A DNA stretch of 64,000 bases from Nitrospirota bacterium (GCA_963754875.1 CAVWHO010000016.1:544001-608000); one strand, 5' to 3'; numbered from the stretch's first letter, positions 41,022 to 50,479 are shown. A program made the numbers and translations. Notes: a model not told the origin generated them from the letters alone.

Positions 41022-41177
41022 ATGAACATCATCGCACTAAACGGAAGCGCGAGAAAGAACGGGAACACGGCAACGCTGCTTGAAAAGGCCCTTGAAGGCG
41101 CTGCATCGAGGGGAGCCAAGACAGAACTTGTTCATTTGTATGATTTGAAATGGGTGTCAGATTCACCAAAACAGTAA
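41022..41177 (+). pseudogene. Truncated flavodoxin-family (NADPH-dependent FMN reductase) gene, not in the ORF track
   Basis: GAGAGG RBS, then MNIIALNGSARKNGNTATLLEKALEGAASRGAKTELVHLYDLK; similarity is lost and it stops after 51 aa. Confidence 0.8.
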
Positions 41178-41309
41178 GCTGATGGTACGCAACATGATCT
41201 TTTCCTATTACAATAAAATATCAACCACTCAAAAAAGCATCTGCCATAAGAGCGACGAGATCCATGCCGTCCCGTTGCCTGATATCTACGAATGACAGGA
41301 GCACAAACA

Positions 41310-41753
41310 ATGTCAGCATTTGTATGTTACAACAGAAAAAGTCTCGAAACCTTGTTGCCGCATAGGGGAGCGGCACTCAGAAAAATCGACGGGGTGTTTT
41401 ACAATGCCGGTGCTCCTAACATGCTGATCGGACTCAAAGAGATCGGGATGGATGATCCGGATTTAGAAGGCCATTTTCCACAAGCGCCTACTTATCCGGG
41501 ATACGCGCAAGACGAATTTGTGTGCCTCGTAGCTGCGGCACTCATTCCGATCGCGGTTGAAGGATTGAAGACGGATCCACACGTTGTTCAGAAGATCGTT
41601 CGATATAAAAAGAACGCCGTCCCCGGTGACCGGCTTATTGCCGAGGTAAGACTGAACGGAAGACGCGGTAAATTCTTCATGTTCACAGCCGATATTAAAA
41701 ATCAGAACAACGAGGTTGTCGCAGAATTTGAAAAAATCATCGGCTCGGTTTAA
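41310..41753 (+). CDS. FabA/FabZ-like hot-dog dehydratase (divergent)
   Basis: LLPHR, EGHFPQAPTYPGYAQDE, VPGD. Confidence 0.75.
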   Translation: MSAFVCYNRKSLETLLPHRGAALRKIDGVFYNAGAPNMLIGLKEIGMDDPDLEGHFPQAPTYPGYAQDEFVCLVAAALIPIAVEGLKTDPHVVQKIVRYKKNAVPGDRLIAEVRLNGRRGKFFMFTADIKNQNNEVVAEFEKIIGSV

Positions 41754-41838
41754 ATATTGCGATCTGAGGGTCAGGAAGGGATATCAGCGGAGTTCCCCTC
41801 TTTCTCCCACAGAACAACACCATGGCCGAAAAAACATC

Positions 41839-41867
41839 TTGACAGCAGAAGAGATATTCCCTATATT
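41839..41867 (+). promoter_or_regulatory. sigma70 promoter of the leader-peptide/leuA operon
   Basis: TTGACA-17bp-TATATT, with 6 nt between the -10 and the ATG at 41874. Confidence 0.8.
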
Positions 41868-41873
41868 TATTTC

Positions 41874-41960
41874 ATGCATCCAATGAATCTCCTTACTCTT
41901 CAGCTCGTCCGCAAAGCAGCATGGCACCTTATTGCCGTGGCCGAGGGGGGATTCTATTAA
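41874..41960 (+). CDS. Putative attenuator leader peptide MHPMNLLTLQLVRKAAWHLIAVAEGGFY (28 aa)
   Basis: Begins at the predicted TSS, has 5 Leu codons and contains the antiterminator CCGTGGCC (41935-41942). Confidence 0.7.
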   Translation: MHPMNLLTLQLVRKAAWHLIAVAEGGFY

Positions 41961-41998
41961 CTTTTTATCTATACAATAGAATAAAACAATACCCACAT

Positions 41999-42035
41999 GG
42001 CCACGGAAAATCAAATCCGTGGCCTTTTTTGTTTT
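41999..42035 (+). terminator. Attenuator terminator
   Basis: ggccacgga-aaatcaaa-tccgtggcc followed by ttttttgtttt, upstream of the first structural gene. Confidence 0.88.
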
Positions 42036-42079
42036 CGTCCTTGGCAGCTGTAAAGTTCAACCCTTCTGGGAGGTGCACC

Positions 42080-42856
42080 ATGAAATGGGACGCAGAGAAG
42101 TACGACGCGGTAAAAGCGCCGCAGATCGAAGCTGGCAAGGAGCTCATGTCCCTGGCCGGGATTCGTGAAAACGATGCAATTCTTGACCTCGGCTGCGGCA
42201 CCGGCAAGCTTACCAAGGAACTCGCGCATCTCGCTTCGAAGGGAGTTGTGGTGGGCATTGATCCGTCCGAGGAAATGCTCGAAAAAGCAAGGGTAGCCGC
42301 GTCACACACCGGCAATATGACGGTACTCCGGGCCGCGGCCGAGGAAATTAATTTTCTCGACAAGTTCGACCTGGCCTTTTCAAATTCCTCCATGCAATGG
42401 GTAAAGGACCAGCCCAAGGCAGCAGCCACGGCTTATCGAGCGCTTAAGCAAGGCGGCAGAATCGCATTTCAGTTTCCTGCGGCGAACTTTTGTGCGGAAT
42501 TCTTCGATTCGGTGGACGGGGCGATATCCATGCTGGGATATGACCGTTTCTTCGAGGGATGGCAGTCGCCCTGGCGGTTTCCCTCAAAGGAAGAGTATGA
42601 ATCAATGCTGAACCGGGCGGGCTTCAGAGCTCTCAATGTTTTTTACAAGAAATATCGAGTCGGTTTCGGAACTATTCCCGATGTCATGATCTGGTGGTCT
42701 TCGGCAGGATTGCGGCCCTATCTCGCGGCTCTGCCCGAAGGAGCACAAGAGCATTTTAAAGAGGCTTTTGCAGAAGGATTCAAGCGGAACAAAACCGATG
42801 CAGGAATCGAGTTCGATTTCAGGAGATTGTTCGCTTTGGCGAAAAAGGAAATATAA
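42080..42856 (+). CDS. Class I SAM-dependent methyltransferase (trans-aconitate methyltransferase-like)
   Basis: WDAEKY, ILDLGCGTG, GIDPSEEML, FSNSSMQWV. Confidence 0.88.
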   Translation: MKWDAEKYDAVKAPQIEAGKELMSLAGIRENDAILDLGCGTGKLTKELAHLASKGVVVGIDPSEEMLEKARVAASHTGNMTVLRAAAEEINFLDKFDLAFSNSSMQWVKDQPKAAATAYRALKQGGRIAFQFPAANFCAEFFDSVDGAISMLGYDRFFEGWQSPWRFPSKEEYESMLNRAGFRALNVFYKKYRVGFGTIPDVMIWWSSAGLRPYLAALPEGAQEHFKEAFAEGFKRNKTDAGIEFDFRRLFALAKKEI

Positions 42857-42957
42857 CCACGTTCTCGCAGAATGCGCGGGACGCACGGATTAAGGCAGTT
42901 TAGTGGAATTCACATCGTATTCTTTACTGTGTGTCCGCGAAGCGGACCCGCGGTTAA
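42855..42957. repeat. Intergenic palindromic element (TAACCAC...GCGGTTA) related to 58496-58575
   Basis: Terminal inverted repeats with internal mini-hairpins such as gtccgc-gaa-gcggac. Confidence 0.5.
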
Positions 42958-42998
42958 TCAGGTTTTGACAAAACGCTTTTCCGGATAAGGAGACTACC

Positions 42999-44705
42999 AT
43001 GAAAACAATGCCTGCCCACAAATACAAACCCTTTCCCCCCGTCGCTCTGCCCGATCGTACCTGGCCGTCAAAAAACATAAAAACCGCGCCCACTTGGTGC
43101 AGCGTGGACTTGCGGGACGGGAACCAGGCGCTCGTTGTCCCGATGGGCGTCGAAGAGAAGCTGAAGATGTTTCAAATGCTCGTGGACATGGGGTTTAAGG
43201 AGATCGAGGTCGGATTTCCCTCGGCGTCGCAGATCGAGTACGACTTTGTCCGCATTCTGATCGAGAAACACCTCGTGCCCGATGACGTCACGCTCCAGGT
43301 GCTTACGCAGGCACGGGAACACCTGATCAGGAGGACCGTTGAATCTCTGCGCAACTCGCGCAGGGCAATCGTGCACCTGTATAACTCGACCTCGGAACTT
43401 CAGCGCAGGGTCGTTTTCCGCATGGGCAGGAAAGAGATCATCGAACTCGCTGTTGCCGGCGCACGGCTGATCAAAGAAGAGACCTCAAAGCTCGCGGACA
43501 CGGATTTTATCTTTGAATATTCACCCGAGAGCTTTACCGGCACGGAGCTCGACTTCGCGCTCGAGATCTGTGAAGCAGTAACTGATGTCTGGCAGCCGAC
43601 CTTGCACAGAAAAGTAATTCTCAACCTGCCGGCAACGGTCGAGATGTCAACGCCGAATGTTTATGCAGACCAGATCGAGTGGTTCAGCAGACACCTGCGG
43701 GACCGTGAATCTGTTGTGGTGAGTGTCCATGCGCATAATGATCGCGGCACCGGCGTGGCGGCAACAGAACTTGCGCTCCTGGCAGGCGCGGAACGCGTCG
43801 AGGGCACGCTCTTCGGGAACGGCGAGCGCACAGGCAACGTGGACCTGGTGACACTGGCGATGAACCTGTGCTCACAGGGTATTGACCCGAAACTGGACTT
43901 CCACGACATCGGCAGGATCATTGCCATGTACGAGCAATGCACCAGGCTCAATGTCCACGCGCGGCACCCCTATGCCGGAGAGCTTGTGTACACGGCTTTT
44001 TCTGGGTCTCATCAGGACGCTATCAACAAAGGCATGAAGGCGCGTGAAAAGGAACAATTCGGTTGCTGGGAGGTGCCTTATCTGCCGATCGATCCGAGTG
44101 ACGTGGGACGGACATTCGAGAATGTCATCAGAATCAACAGCCAATCCGGCAAAGGCGGCGTTGCCTATATCATGGAGAAGGAATATGGCTATTCCCTTCC
44201 CCGGGAAATGCATGCCGAATTCAGCCGCATGATCCAGGCGATCTCGGAAAAAACCGGAAAGGAAGTCCGGCCCGATGTCATGTGGGAGACTTTTGAACAA
44301 GAATATTTAAAGAAGACTGCACCGCTCGCTCTCAAGAGCTGCCACATTGACGAGAAGCCTGCGGGCAAGCATAACGATAATGTACGCGGCGCAACGATAC
44401 AGGCCTGTATCGTGATGAACGAAAGAGAGCACGACATAACAGGCACTGGCAACGGACCGATCGACGCTTTCTGTAAGGCGCTCAGGAGTGCGCTTAAGCT
44501 CGACTTCGATATCACGGCTTACTACGAACACGCGCTGGAGCAAGGGTCAGACTCGAAGGCCGTTGCCTACATTCAAGTTCGGGACAGGAACGACAATTTC
44601 GTGTTCGGCGCAGGCGTGGACACCAATATATCGATTGCATCGCTCAGGGCAGTCATGAGCGCCTTGAATAGATTGCCGAGTCTCACAATGGGGGGAACGA
44701 AGTGA
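42999..44705 (+). CDS. leuA: 2-isopropylmalate synthase (LeuA type 2, actinobacterial/yeast-like)
   Basis: WCSVDLRDGNQAL, EYSPESF, HAHNDRG, GNGERTGN, AFSGSHQDAI, GNGPIDA regulatory domain. Confidence 0.96.
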   Translation: MKTMPAHKYKPFPPVALPDRTWPSKNIKTAPTWCSVDLRDGNQALVVPMGVEEKLKMFQMLVDMGFKEIEVGFPSASQIEYDFVRILIEKHLVPDDVTLQVLTQAREHLIRRTVESLRNSRRAIVHLYNSTSELQRRVVFRMGRKEIIELAVAGARLIKEETSKLADTDFIFEYSPESFTGTELDFALEICEAVTDVWQPTLHRKVILNLPATVEMSTPNVYADQIEWFSRHLRDRESVVVSVHAHNDRGTGVAATELALLAGAERVEGTLFGNGERTGNVDLVTLAMNLCSQGIDPKLDFHDIGRIIAMYEQCTRLNVHARHPYAGELVYTAFSGSHQDAINKGMKAREKEQFGCWEVPYLPIDPSDVGRTFENVIRINSQSGKGGVAYIMEKEYGYSLPREMHAEFSRMIQAISEKTGKEVRPDVMWETFEQEYLKKTAPLALKSCHIDEKPAGKHNDNVRGATIQACIVMNEREHDITGTGNGPIDAFCKALRSALKLDFDITAYYEHALEQGSDSKAVAYIQVRDRNDNFVFGAGVDTNISIASLRAVMSALNRLPSLTMGGTK

Positions 44706-45602
44706 GTAGTACCACCGCCTTAATCGGACCGGGCAGGGCCAGGGTCATTACCGCACTCCTCACGCTGTACCTCGCCTGGAGCTCCACGTACCTCGCGATA
44801 CGGATCTCGCTCGAAGAGTTTCCCGCCGCTTTTCATTGCAGGGTCTCGGTACATGCTGGTCGGGGCAGGAATGTATCTCTATTTGCGCTGGAAAGGCGTG
44901 CCGTCGCCGGTCAGGCCGCAATGGCTCGCCTCATTAACAGTCGGCGCCTTTCTGCTCCTCGGCGGGACAGGAGGAGTTGTGTATGCCGAACAGTGGGTGG
45001 GGTCGGGCGTTGCCGCTCTCGTGCTCGCGACCACGCCGCTCTGGACCGTACTGTTCGCCGGCATATGGAAACAGTGGCCTGCGCGGCATGAGTGGATCGG
45101 TCTAGCCCTCGGCCTCGCGGGCATTCTCCTCCTGAACGTAGAAGGCGATCTGCATGCCCATCCCGCGGGTGCAATCCTTCTTGTCCTGTCCGCTGCTTCG
45201 TGGTCGTTCGGGTCCGTGCTGAGCCTGCGTCTGCCCCTTCCCTCGGGGATGATGGCAAGCGCGGCGCAGATGTTCAGCGGCGGATTGCTGGTGCTCGTTG
45301 TCGGCTTTGCTTCTGGAGAGCGTATCCCGACGCACCCGTCCATGCGGGCCTTGGGGGCGATGGTGTATCTCGCTATCTTCGGCTCGCTTCTGGGATACAC
45401 TGCTTACACATATTTGTTGAAGAACGTCCGCCCCGCTCTTGCAACCAGCTACGCCTACGTGAACCCCGCCCTTGCGGTGGTGCTCGGGATCTGGCTCGCT
45501 GATGAGACAGTGAACGCAATTGGTGTCATTGCAATGCTCACGATCCTTGCCGGGGTCATACTGGTCATAGCAGGACAGCGGCGATTGAGAGTGACGCCAT
45601 GA
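44702..45602 (+). CDS. EamA/YedA-like drug/metabolite exporter; one extra base near 44819-44824
   Basis: LYLAWSSTYLAIR...EF, continuing in the +1 frame as PPLFIAGSRYM...SGVAAL...ATSYAYVNP. Confidence 0.85.
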
Positions 45603-45675
45603 CCGGCTATGTTGATTGTGGACTGCATCAATATGGTTTTGGCTGAGAGAATGCCTGGCTGAGGAGACTGAACAT

Positions 45676-46419
45676 ATGGATTTGGACGAGATACGACAGA
45701 GGATCGACCAAGTCGATTCAGAGATAATCGCGCTTCTTTCTCAGCGCGCCAAGCTGGTCAGCGCGGCGGGTCAACTGAAAAAGAACAAAGAAGGCGTCCG
45801 GGACGGAAAGCGCGTCGAACAGGTGATCGAGCGGGTAAAGGCAAGGGCTGCCCAGGCAGGACTCTCACCGCATATTGCCGAGAAGGTCTACCGGACCATC
45901 GTCAAGTGTTTCATCGAGAAGGAACTGCAGGAGTACACTAACCTGCTCGACCGGACACTCACCGATGACATACGCCTAGCATCGGAAACGGACGCGGCGG
46001 AGATACTGGAAATACAGAAGGCGGCCTTTCACGGGCAAGGCATTTTGTATAACGACATGACGCTGCCGCCCCTGGTCCAGACTTTGGGCGAACTGGTACA
46101 GGATTTCAAGCACCATTCTTTCCTGAAAGCGCTTTGCGACGGACAGATCGTGGGATCAGTGAGAGGCCGCGTTGAGGGGGACACGTGCCATGTTTCACGC
46201 TTGATCGTGAGGCCGGATTATCAAAACAGGGGCATCGGGAAAAAGCTGATGCTTGCCGTTGAAAACGAATTCAGCAGTGTGCAGCGTTACGAGCTGTTCA
46301 CCGGGCACAAGAGCGAAAGGAACATTGCTTTATACGAAAAACTCGGATATCGCAAATACGGTGAAAAGCCCCAGGGTGATACTGTACTCTTGTTCTGCAT
46401 GGAAAAATGGACAGCCTGA
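45676..46419 (+). CDS. Chorismate mutase (AroQ)-like domain fused to a GNAT acetyltransferase
   Basis: LDEIRQRIDQVDSEIIALLSQR...VRD..R; then RLIVRPDYQNRGIGKKL...LYEKLGY. Confidence 0.85.
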   Translation: MDLDEIRQRIDQVDSEIIALLSQRAKLVSAAGQLKKNKEGVRDGKRVEQVIERVKARAAQAGLSPHIAEKVYRTIVKCFIEKELQEYTNLLDRTLTDDIRLASETDAAEILEIQKAAFHGQGILYNDMTLPPLVQTLGELVQDFKHHSFLKALCDGQIVGSVRGRVEGDTCHVSRLIVRPDYQNRGIGKKLMLAVENEFSSVQRYELFTGHKSERNIALYEKLGYRKYGEKPQGDTVLLFCMEKWTA

Positions 46420-46573
46420 ACCCCCTTTTATATTCAGGGAGCATAATAGACGATGACCGTTTATTGAGGCACGCCTAACTTTTGCAATACACGTTTGTTT
46501 TTTTCTCGATTTCTGATACACTCGAACTCACAGCACAGGCTGTTGGCTTTTACAATGCATGAGGGAAAATCAA

Positions 46574-47764
46574 ATGGACAGCATCTTTTCCGACAGCATT
46601 ACCGACGTTCCCCGTTCGTTCATCCGTGAAATCCTCAAGGTCGCACTCGATCCTGCGGTCATTTCTTTTGCCGGCGGCCTTCCGAACAGGCAGCTGTTCC
46701 CTGCCAGGGAGCTGAAGGCGGCGACGGACAAGGTATTCGCTTTTCACGGGAATGATATTTTTCAGTACAGCAACTCAGAAGGATATCTGAAGCTGAGAGA
46801 ATATATTGCCGGGCGCTACCGGCAGACGAAGAAGCTCGACATCCCGGTCGAAGACATCCTGATCACCAGCGGCTCTCAACAAGGGCTGGACCTTTTGGGC
46901 AAGATCCTCCTGAACAAAGGCGACAGTGTGGTCATCGAAGAGCCCGGCTATTTGGGGGCGATCCAGGCCTTTTCGATTTACAAGCCGAAGTTTCTCCCGG
47001 TACTCGTTTCTGAGCAGGGAATGGACACACAGCGGCTGCGGCGCGGCCTCGCCTCGGAGAAGCCGAAACTGATGTACACGGTCCCGAATTTCCAAAATCC
47101 CTCAGGTATCTCGTATTCGAATGAAAATAGGGCCGAAGTTTCGGAAATCCTTCGTAGCACAAAAACGCTCCTGATCGAAGACGACCCTTACGGCGAGTTG
47201 CGGTTCTCAGGACAACGCAAACAATCGTTCAAGGAACTGCTGCCCGACAACACGATCCTCTTGGGTTCTTTTTCGAAAACGATTGTACCCGGGTTCAGGC
47301 TGGGATGGATCGCGGCCCCGAAATATATTATGGACAAGCTGATCATTGCAAAGCAGGCTTCCGATCTTCACACGAGCCATTTTACGCAGAGCATCATTTA
47401 CCACTATTTGCGCGACAATGATGTTGACGCACATATAGAAAAAATCCGGGATGCCTACGGGAGGCAATGCAGGGCAATGCTCAACAGTATCGGAAAGCAT
47501 TTTCCTCAGAACGTAAAGCATACGAAGCCCGAGGGTGGCATGTTCCTCTGGGCCGAATTACCGCAGAACGCTGCAGCGCTCGATTTGTTTGATCTGGCGG
47601 TAAAAGACAAAGTCATTTTTGTTCCTGGGGACCCCTTCTACGTCAACAAAACACGAACAAGTACTATGCGCTTGAATTTTTCCTGCGTTGATGAAGAAAC
47701 AATAGAAGTCGGCATTGGCCGGTTGGGCAATGCAATTCGCGAACTCTTACAAAATACGAAATAG
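46574..47764 (+). CDS. PLP-dependent class I aminotransferase (LysN/Aro8-like)
   Basis: SFIREILK, ISFAGGLP, PNFQNPSG, EDDPYG, GSFSKTIVPGFRLGW, MRLNFS. Confidence 0.93.
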   Translation: MDSIFSDSITDVPRSFIREILKVALDPAVISFAGGLPNRQLFPARELKAATDKVFAFHGNDIFQYSNSEGYLKLREYIAGRYRQTKKLDIPVEDILITSGSQQGLDLLGKILLNKGDSVVIEEPGYLGAIQAFSIYKPKFLPVLVSEQGMDTQRLRRGLASEKPKLMYTVPNFQNPSGISYSNENRAEVSEILRSTKTLLIEDDPYGELRFSGQRKQSFKELLPDNTILLGSFSKTIVPGFRLGWIAAPKYIMDKLIIAKQASDLHTSHFTQSIIYHYLRDNDVDAHIEKIRDAYGRQCRAMLNSIGKHFPQNVKHTKPEGGMFLWAELPQNAAALDLFDLAVKDKVIFVPGDPFYVNKTRTSTMRLNFSCVDEETIEVGIGRLGNAIRELLQNTK

Positions 47765-47783
47765 GCGGCTGCGAGGAGAAAGT

Positions 47784-48341
47784 ATGAATTCCGCATTGGT
47801 GCTGGTTGATATTCAACAGGACTATTTTCCGAAGGGGAGGATGGAAGTAGTCGGAGCTGTCGAAGCAAGCCAAGCCGCCAAAAGGCTTTTGGATTTTTTT
47901 AGAACGAAAAAATTGCCGATTGTCCATATCCAGCATATTTCCACGCGGCCGGGCGCTACATTTTTCCTGCCGAATACGGAGGGGATACACTTGCACGAAA
48001 GCGTCTCGCCTTTGCCCGACGAAACAATTGTTAAAAAACATTTCCCGAACAGTTTCAGGGATACGCATCTGCAGGAATATCTTCTTTCGCAAGAGATCAA
48101 GGACCTGGTGATCTGCGGGATGATGTCTCATATGTGTATTGACGCAACCGTTCGGGCGGCCTTCGACAAAGGGTATCAATGTATGGTTGCTCACGATGCC
48201 TGTGCAGCGAGAAGCCTGGCTTTTCATGGTTCCAATATCCCCGCGAGTAACGTCCACGGGGCGTATATGGCCGCCTTGGGTGCAGTTTTTGCGAAGGTAG
48301 CAAGTGCGAACGACATCATGGGGATGCTCGGCGACACGTAA
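47784..48341 (+). CDS. Isochorismatase-family cysteine hydrolase
   Basis: ALVLVDIQQDYF, KHFPNSF, GMMSHMCIDATVR. Confidence 0.92.
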   Translation: MNSALVLVDIQQDYFPKGRMEVVGAVEASQAAKRLLDFFRTKKLPIVHIQHISTRPGATFFLPNTEGIHLHESVSPLPDETIVKKHFPNSFRDTHLQEYLLSQEIKDLVICGMMSHMCIDATVRAAFDKGYQCMVAHDACAARSLAFHGSNIPASNVHGAYMAALGAVFAKVASANDIMGMLGDT

Positions 48342-48370
48342 TCAGGCTGTCGAAAAAGGAGGGGCCACGA

Positions 48371-49030
48371 ATGTCCGTAAAAAAGTATATCGTGATATCG
48401 CTCGTGGCGATTGTTGTTATTCTCGCCGTGATCGTCTTCGCTATCATGAAGAAATTTTTTACGCCAACCAAGGGTGCGAAAATCGCCGCCTACGCCAACC
48501 CGCAAAAAGCCCTCCTGGTCATCGACGTTCAGGAAGACTATACCGGGCTCAGAGGCAAGCAGCCTAGCCTGTATAAGAACGTTGAGCCGCAGATCGCGGT
48601 CATCAACACACTTATCGACAAGGCGTCGAAGTCGGGAGCCAGGGTGATCTATATCCGCCAGATCTTTGACGACAACTTCATTACTCGGCTTCTTGGGGGC
48701 CGGGCCATCGAGAGCAAGCCGGGAACGGAAGTCGACTCGAGAATAAACGTGGTAAGTCGCAACGATTTCACAAAGAAGTTTTCCGACGCTTTTTCAAACC
48801 GGCAATTGGACGAGTTCCTCATCCGGAATCAGGTAAACGAGCTGTATCTGGTGGGACTGGACGCTGCCTATTGCGTTCACAACACCGCCAGGGGCGCCCT
48901 TAACCGGGGGTACAAAGTAAAGATCGTCAAGGACGCGATCATAACCCGCATAGACATGAGCGACATCCTGAAGCAATACGAGCAGGAAGGTATTTTAGTG
49001 ACTTCGAGCGCGGAATTCGCGGATAGGTAA
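48371..49030 (+). CDS. Isochorismatase-family cysteine hydrolase with an N-terminal membrane anchor
   Basis: Hydrophobic N-terminus, ALLVIDVQED, KKFSDAF, GLDAAYCV. Confidence 0.88.
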   Translation: MSVKKYIVISLVAIVVILAVIVFAIMKKFFTPTKGAKIAAYANPQKALLVIDVQEDYTGLRGKQPSLYKNVEPQIAVINTLIDKASKSGARVIYIRQIFDDNFITRLLGGRAIESKPGTEVDSRINVVSRNDFTKKFSDAFSNRQLDEFLIRNQVNELYLVGLDAAYCVHNTARGALNRGYKVKIVKDAIITRIDMSDILKQYEQEGILVTSSAEFADR

Positions 49031-49116
49031 TTCCCGTCCAGAACGCCGATGGTGACTCATCCTCTTTGCGTGATACAGTTAATCATATCTGCAAGACTGA
49101 ACATGAGAGGCCCGTC

Positions 49117-49563
49117 ATGAACTACGAAGAGCTCAAAAAAATTCTTGCACCCTGCGGCCTGAACTGCATGAAGTGCCAGATGTACAGCGACGGCGACATC
49201 AAGCGGCATTCAGTGGAGCTGCGAAGGCTGCTGGGCTCCTTCGACAGCTATGCGGAGCGGTTTTCAAAATTCCTTTCCGTGTATCAGAACTATCCCGCGT
49301 TCAAGGAACTGCTCGCCCACTTCAGCCAAGCCGGCTGCAAAGGATGCCGCAAGGGTGACTGCAAATATCCGAACTGCGGGGTGGCGACATGCTACAAGCA
49401 GAAGGGCGTTGATTTCTGTTTTCAGTGTAAGGACTTCCCCTGTGACAAGTCCAACTTCGACCCTAACCTCCATGAGCGATGGGTCAGGATGAACCGTCGT
49501 ATGAAGGAGCTCGGCGTTGAAGCGTATTACGAAGCGACGAAAGACCAGCCGCGATACGCGTAA
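49117..49563 (+). CDS. DUF3795-type Cys-rich protein, paralogue 1
   Basis: APCGLNCMKC...CKGCR...C...C...KGVDFCFQCKDFPC. Confidence 0.85.
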   Translation: MNYEELKKILAPCGLNCMKCQMYSDGDIKRHSVELRRLLGSFDSYAERFSKFLSVYQNYPAFKELLAHFSQAGCKGCRKGDCKYPNCGVATCYKQKGVDFCFQCKDFPCDKSNFDPNLHERWVRMNRRMKELGVEAYYEATKDQPRYA

Positions 49564-49628
49564 GTCATACGACTTCACTTCAGTGAACCCTGTCCGGCAC
49601 CTGAGCAATACGTAACGAGGTGTTACCC

Positions 49629-50411
49629 ATGTCCGATAAGCACTCAGAACTTTTCGATCAATTATACTGCGACAATCAGCCAAAGGTATATAGACTCGCC
49701 TTGTCGCTTGCCGGTAATGCGCACGACGCCGAGGACATAACTCAGGAGGCATTTTTCCGCGCTTTTCGCGCCTATGAAACCTTTCGCAATGAGAGCTCTT
49801 TTTTCACCTGGATCTATCGAATCGCCCTGAACGTTGCCAATGACCATCTGAAATATCGAAGCAAGCTGCCCTACCAGTCTTTGACCGAAGACCAGGGTTA
49901 CTCTTTCGAAGAGGTCATCGACATGAATCCTGCGAACAATCCTGAAACCGAGCTTCTTGCTTACCAAGTCAGGATCAAATGCCTTCATGCCTTGACGGAG
50001 TGCCTGCAGGCGAACGAGCGAAAGGTCTTTTGCCTGGCCGTCACCCTGGACCTGCCGCACAAACAAATTGCCGAAATCCTGGAATGTTCCGTCGGCTCCG
50101 TCAAAACAACGCTGCACCGGGCCAGGAAAAGGTGGTTCGGCTACATGGAAAACATGTGCCAGTTCCTCAAGAAATCCAATCCCTGCAACTGCAAGCAGTA
50201 CGTACGCTTCGCCCTTTCTAAGGGCCTGATCTCAAAAAACCTCGCCGTCGATCCCCGCCCGCCGAGAATCATGCAGGCCAAAAAAGAAGTCATTAACCTG
50301 CGGACGATCCGTGATTTCTACCAGGACCTTTACCGGGAACATGCAGACGATTCGTTTGCGCAAAGAATCAGGGACGGCATACGGAATAAAGAATGGACGA
50401 TTCTTTCCTGA
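49629..50411 (+). CDS. ECF sigma factor with a Cys-containing C-terminal extension
   Basis: Region 2 DAEDITQEAF...FFTWIYRIALN; region 4 KQIAEILECSVGSVKTTLHRAR; tail MCQFLKKSNPCNC. Confidence 0.92.
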   Translation: MSDKHSELFDQLYCDNQPKVYRLALSLAGNAHDAEDITQEAFFRAFRAYETFRNESSFFTWIYRIALNVANDHLKYRSKLPYQSLTEDQGYSFEEVIDMNPANNPETELLAYQVRIKCLHALTECLQANERKVFCLAVTLDLPHKQIAEILECSVGSVKTTLHRARKRWFGYMENMCQFLKKSNPCNCKQYVRFALSKGLISKNLAVDPRPPRIMQAKKEVINLRTIRDFYQDLYREHADDSFAQRIRDGIRNKEWTILS

Positions 50412-50419
50412 TTTATTTT

Positions 50420-50448
50420 TGTAACCTTTCCCCTCCGGGCCGGTCTAA
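50420..50448 (+). promoter_or_regulatory. ECF-sigma-type promoter, copy 2
   Basis: TGTAACCTTTC-N12-GTCTAA immediately after the sigma gene and about 30 bp before the next ATG (AAGGAGG RBS). Confidence 0.75.
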
Positions 50449-50479
50449 CTGACAGATAACCCAAAAGGAGGATTTTTTC

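Noticed and set aside
39835..46490. Integron attC sites suggested by GTTAGGC (about 40039) and GCCTAAC (about 46473)
   Set aside because: No complementary R''/R' pairs with L boxes at cassette spacing and no integrase in the window
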